A stretch of DNA of 64,000 nucleotides from Amoebidium appalachense (lineage: Eukaryota; Protista; Ichthyosporea): the NCBI GenBank assembly GCA_963693365.1, contig CAVNZM010000002.1, positions 5,162,259 through 5,226,258 on the forward strand, read 5' to 3'. Below are positions 59,593-64,000 of the stretch, in pieces. How positions within the stretch are numbered: position 1 is the stretch's first letter; every line of letters starts with the position of its first letter. A program made the position numbers and the translations under genes. Under the pieces are notes generated by a model, which was given only the letters and a program-made list of their open reading frames with translations, ran no database searches and was not told the origin of the DNA.

Positions 59593-62500
59593 TGCACGAG
59601 TTGGCATATGCATTTCGCACGCACGTGCACAGCACGATACTTCATTAGTTGCACATCTTTGGTTTACACAGGTTGCACGAGCACATAGCATACATAGTTA
59701 GGTACGATAGTTTATTTGTGCTTTATCTCCCTTTATTTCATAAGCATGTCCGGCATGCTCTTGTTTGCCCTCTGTTATTCATTAGGCACGTGTGGTATTC
59801 ATAGTTTGTTTAGCTATTGGCGATAGCGAGAGGAAAGCACGCATCCGACGATTGTTGTGCATGCTTTTCATGTTTTCTGTGTAGTCGGGTGTTTTGTCTG
59901 CGATTGGACCGTATGAGGGGAATGCAGTTTGATTTCCGTTCATGTACGTGTCGTTATATGATTGGTCAGATTTATAGTATTCATAGTATTTGCCAATCAG
60001 ATGCGCAAATACCTTTGGATAGATCTGTATTCATGGAATCTGCCTGCGGCAGATAAATAGGTGAGAATCGAGCATAATAAATTAGACGTAGATTGACAGA
60101 ACATGCAACTGTGTTTCTACCTCTCCACACTACCCTCTCTGTTAGTGCTGTGGCATCGTGCATTGCCCAGCACCACTCTGCACGTGTTTATGTCTGTTAG
60201 TTTAGTGGCCTGATCACCCACGTATACTCTCATTCATATGCATGTGTGCCTAGGTACGTGTTAGTTGTAGTGTGTACACTCTGCTAGTCAGGCGAGAATA
60301 GTAGGGGCTTTTGCCGTAAGTCAGCACTTTTCTTGCAGGTTATAGGCCATAGCACGCTAGTACCACTGCTTTTGGCGAAAATGAAGTTTGACGACGCTAA
60401 ACTTCCGAAACCACCGACGCTGACAGGTAGCGAAAATTATGTCAGATTCCGGAGATTGTTCGCCGATTATTTCAAAGCACGGGGCCTCGCAGATTGCTTG
60501 ACAACTCGACCTCCTGCCTATGTTTACTCCGAGTCCGGCTCTGCACACGCCCGTGGGAGCCCAGGGATCGGAACCGTTAGGACCAGGCTTGATTTCTCTT
60601 CTACTACCACCCCGGTACAGCGCCCGACTACGGCCAGTGGGCGTAGCCAGGGTCGTAGCAACACTACAGCACCCGACGGCAACGAGCAAGGCATCGCCGC
60701 TGATGAACAGCTGGACGAGAATGCAGAGGTGGAAACCGACGGCGTTTCTTTGTCCGCGCAGGCAGACGAGTGCCAGCGCCAGGCGCAGGCGCGCTATCTT
60801 CTCCTTACGAACGTGAGCAAGGAAGTCCAGGACTCGGTGCAGGACCTGGAAACCGCGTTTGACATATGGCACGACCTCGAGAGCACCTACGGGCACGTGA
60901 GTGAGCAAGTGCAGGCAGCAATGCTCTCCGAGTGGTACGACCTTGCCAACACAATTGACCGGAGAACCACAATTACGGCTCTGTTTGGCACGGTGCGGGC
61001 TTTGGCTTCCCGCCTGGCTGATGCCGGTGTTCCTCAGCCCCCTCACCTCATCCGTTTGAAGGTGCTTGAATGCTTACCGCCGCAATTTGCCGAGCTCAAG
61101 ACATCATTGTTTGTGGTGCGCAACACTTTGACGCTCGAAGAGCTTAAGCACGATCTGCTAGCTTTCGAGGTGACCATGAACAAGACCAAGCGCCGCAACC
61201 ACAAACCCGATCCTCCCAACCCACCCAAGCCCACTGCTATGACTGCGCAGATCAGTGCCCGCGACAAGTCAACAAAGCCCTCGGACGGGGGCAGGCAGGT
61301 TGCACCGCGTGGGGCTGGTGCCAACAACCGCAATTCTGGGAACTGCGGCGACCGGCGCCCCACTAAAACCAACAACAACGACCGTGAGTATTGTCGCAAG
61401 CACGGCCTGTGTTTCTCCTGCAAGCAGCCTGGGCATTTCCAGCCCATGTGCCCCCGGCGCCTTGAGACACTCCGTGCCAACCTGGCTGCAGCTGAGGCTC
61501 TTGCTGGTGGCGACAGTTCTGACCACGAGGGTACACTGCTCATGGCCGTTGCCACTGCTACTGCCCTACCTGCCTCCCGTGCACGTGCGGATGCCTGGAC
61601 GTGGGATGGGGCCGCCTCCTGCCACATGTCTTCCTTCAAGGGGGATTTTGTGTCGCTGACCCCCATGGTTCCACCTGCCCGCGTGCGCGTTGGTGGCGGT
61701 GTGATTGAGGCTACGGCTAGTGGTATTGTCCGTGTGGATGCCTGGCACAACGGCAAACAACACAGGCTGCTTCTACAGACCTGGTATGTGCCGAAATTGG
61801 GCGCCCGTTTGTTTTCTGCCCCAATGGCCGCTCGCAGCGAAAAGGGTGAACACCAGTCTCGGGTGGGAAAGGATGCGGTGACTGTTTATACCCCAGCCGG
61901 TGAAGTCTTCTTCCAGTGCCCCATTGACCCGGGCTCTAACATTTACCTCTGCCCGTTTTCCGCCCCAGGAGCACCCCCACCCACCACTGTGTCGGCCTTA
62001 ACCGCGCGCCACACGGCCACCCCAGCACCAGCTATTGCCCCGGTCCTCTCCCCTTCCCCTGTTCCCCTCCCTGCACTCGCTGCTATGCAGGAGGAGGAGA
62101 AGGAGGACACCGTACCTGCCGGTTTTTGCAGCGATAATGAGGACAGTGGGTATGAAACAGACACCACGATGGTTATTAGTGGCCCCGCTCGCACCACCAC
62201 CGCCACCTCCGCGGAGCCACCCACAGCCGAAAGTGGTGCCCCAACATCACAGGCCCCTTCGGCAGTGCCCACACAGCACCCATGGTCACCCTACAAGAAT
62301 GCTGGGGCAGCCACCTACGAGGTGTGGCACCGCCGTTTAGGCCACATCAATTCGGGCTATCTGCTGCGCATGTCGAAAGGTGGTATGGTCGACGGGCTAC
62401 AACTCACCAGCAGCATTCCCCGGTCCGACACCCAACAACTGTGTGAGGGGTGCATTTTGGGCAAGGCCAAGGACCAGCCGTATCCTACCACCGGACGCAC

Positions 62501-64000
62501 GCGCGCTACGGCCCCGCTCGGCATTGTGCATGTTGACCTGGGGGGTCCTTACCCCGAATCCGTTGATCACAAGTTCTACGTCATGTGTGCGCAGTGTGAT
62601 GCCACCGACATGTGCTTTGTGTGGTGCCTGAACAACAAGGCCGAGGCTGGGGACATCCTCAAGGCTTTCACCGTGCAGATGGAGCGCCAACACAACTACC
62701 GAGTCGGCATTTTTCGCCACGATGGGGGGGAACTCACCGCCAAGCATTTTCGCAGTTTTTGCGAACAGCTGGGGATTGTGCAGCAACAGACCGCACCATA
62801 TCAACACGGCCAGAATGGTAAGGCAGAGTGGCTGGTCGGCTTCATCGTGAAGATGGCGTGCACCCTAATGGCCAGCGTACCCGGGTTTCCGCGCCACCAC
62901 TGGCCTTCCGCCGTCCAGACAGCCACCTACGTGTCCAATATGACCCCACACAAGGCCACGTTTGACAAAACTCCGTTTGAGGCATTTTATGGCATCAAGC
63001 CCAACGTCTCCCACCTACGAGTCTTTGGTTGCCTGGCCTACCCCACTATCCCAGCCGAGAAACGTAGCAACAAATTGGCCCCACGCGCCGAACGCGGCAT
63101 TTTGATTGGCTACGGCAGCGACGGGGGGGTGCAGGTGAAGGGATACCGCATATTGCTGGCCACCGAAAAGGGCTTTGGGAAGGTCGTGGTGAGGAGGAGT
63201 GTGGTGTTCGACGAGGGTATGACCCTGCACAAGGGCACCCCGACCCCCTTCAGCCCCTCTACACCCACCAGCGTGTCGCACGATTCGCTGACTCCGGCAG
63301 CCAATCAGATCGAGCCACCAGTACGCCAGCCACCCGTTGATCCTGCCACAGCGGGCGAAGCTGTACCACACACACCACCGTGCACACCGGCTACCCAGGC
63401 AACCACACAGGAGGAGACTGCACCAGTTGCAAGTGCACAGCAACGGGCTACTTCCCCTGCGACAGCACCAACCAATCGGCGCGTGCGGATTGGGGGGGGG
63501 AGGTTGTGCCTACCCACCACCAGCCACCTAGGACCCGTAGTGGCCGTGTGTTCAACTCTAGTGAGCACGTGGGTGGTGGACGCATGCGCGACAACAGCAA
63601 GGTGCTAGCCATGACGGCAGCAGCCAGTGCTCTGGCCAGCACCACCACCAGCGGCAGCAACAGTGATGGCACCGGCATGACCGAGCCCATCTACTATGTA
63701 GCCGACGTGCCCATACCAAATTCGCTGAGGGAGGCACGTGCGTCATCTTTTGCACCACAGTGGGAGGAGGCCATGCATGCAGAGCTAGAAAAGCTGGACA
63801 AGTACGGCACCTACTCACTAGTAGACCCCCCGCCAGGCTGCAAGCCAATCAAAGTGCGATGGGTGTATGACGTCAAGACCAACGCCAACAACGCTGTTAT
63901 CCGCTTCCGGGCCCGCCTAGTGGCTAAGGGATACACCCAGAGGCCGGGTCTGGACTACACCGAGACCTTCTGCTCCACCGCCAACCCCGCCACAACACGC
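59593..64000 (+). mobile_element. Ty1/copia LTR retrotransposon 2 (runs off window); 5' LTR ends at 60337, start tentative
   Basis: ...TCTTGCA followed by PBS-like GGTTATAGGCCA (60338-60349). Gag-PR-IN-RT order. Candidate LTR start TGCACGA at 59593. Confidence 0.88.
60381..64000 (+). CDS. Copia Gag-Pol, frameshift at G9 run 63492-63500, incomplete
   Basis: LTGSENY, CFSCKQPGHFQPMC, WTWDGAASCHM, WHRRLGH/CEGC, VHVDLGGP..RHDGGE..QNGKAE. The -1 frame continues RTRSGRVF..QWEEAMHAELEKL..RARLVAKGYTQRPGLDYTETF. Confidence 0.92.

Overview
Eukaryotic, intron-rich DNA with introns full of poly-G/poly-C tracts and (CA)n, (GA)n and (GCAC)n microsatellites; most ORFs in the supplied track are artefacts of these repeats. 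Host genes: THOC5 (+, 16649-27409), GEN1 with an apparent C-terminal CUE domain (+, 31096-40263), a WD40-repeat gene (-, ~41.7-56.3 kb) and a decayed PAN/tectonin-like gene. Mobile elements: a complete Ty1/copia element with 766-bp LTRs (1040-6922), a second copia running off the right end, a 5'-truncated LINE with a TSD, a MITE, a direct-repeat element in a GEN1 intron, and two 30-40 bp P/Galileo-like excision footprints. The best candidate for an undescribed system is a 5.4-kb TIR-bounded ISL2EU/Harbinger-like DNA transposon (7561-12929). It pairs a THAP-DDE transposase with a convergent Exo1/XPG-family 5' nuclease fused to a SWIM finger, where ISL2EU normally carries a YqaJ exonuclease. All calls come from reading motifs by eye; no searches were run.
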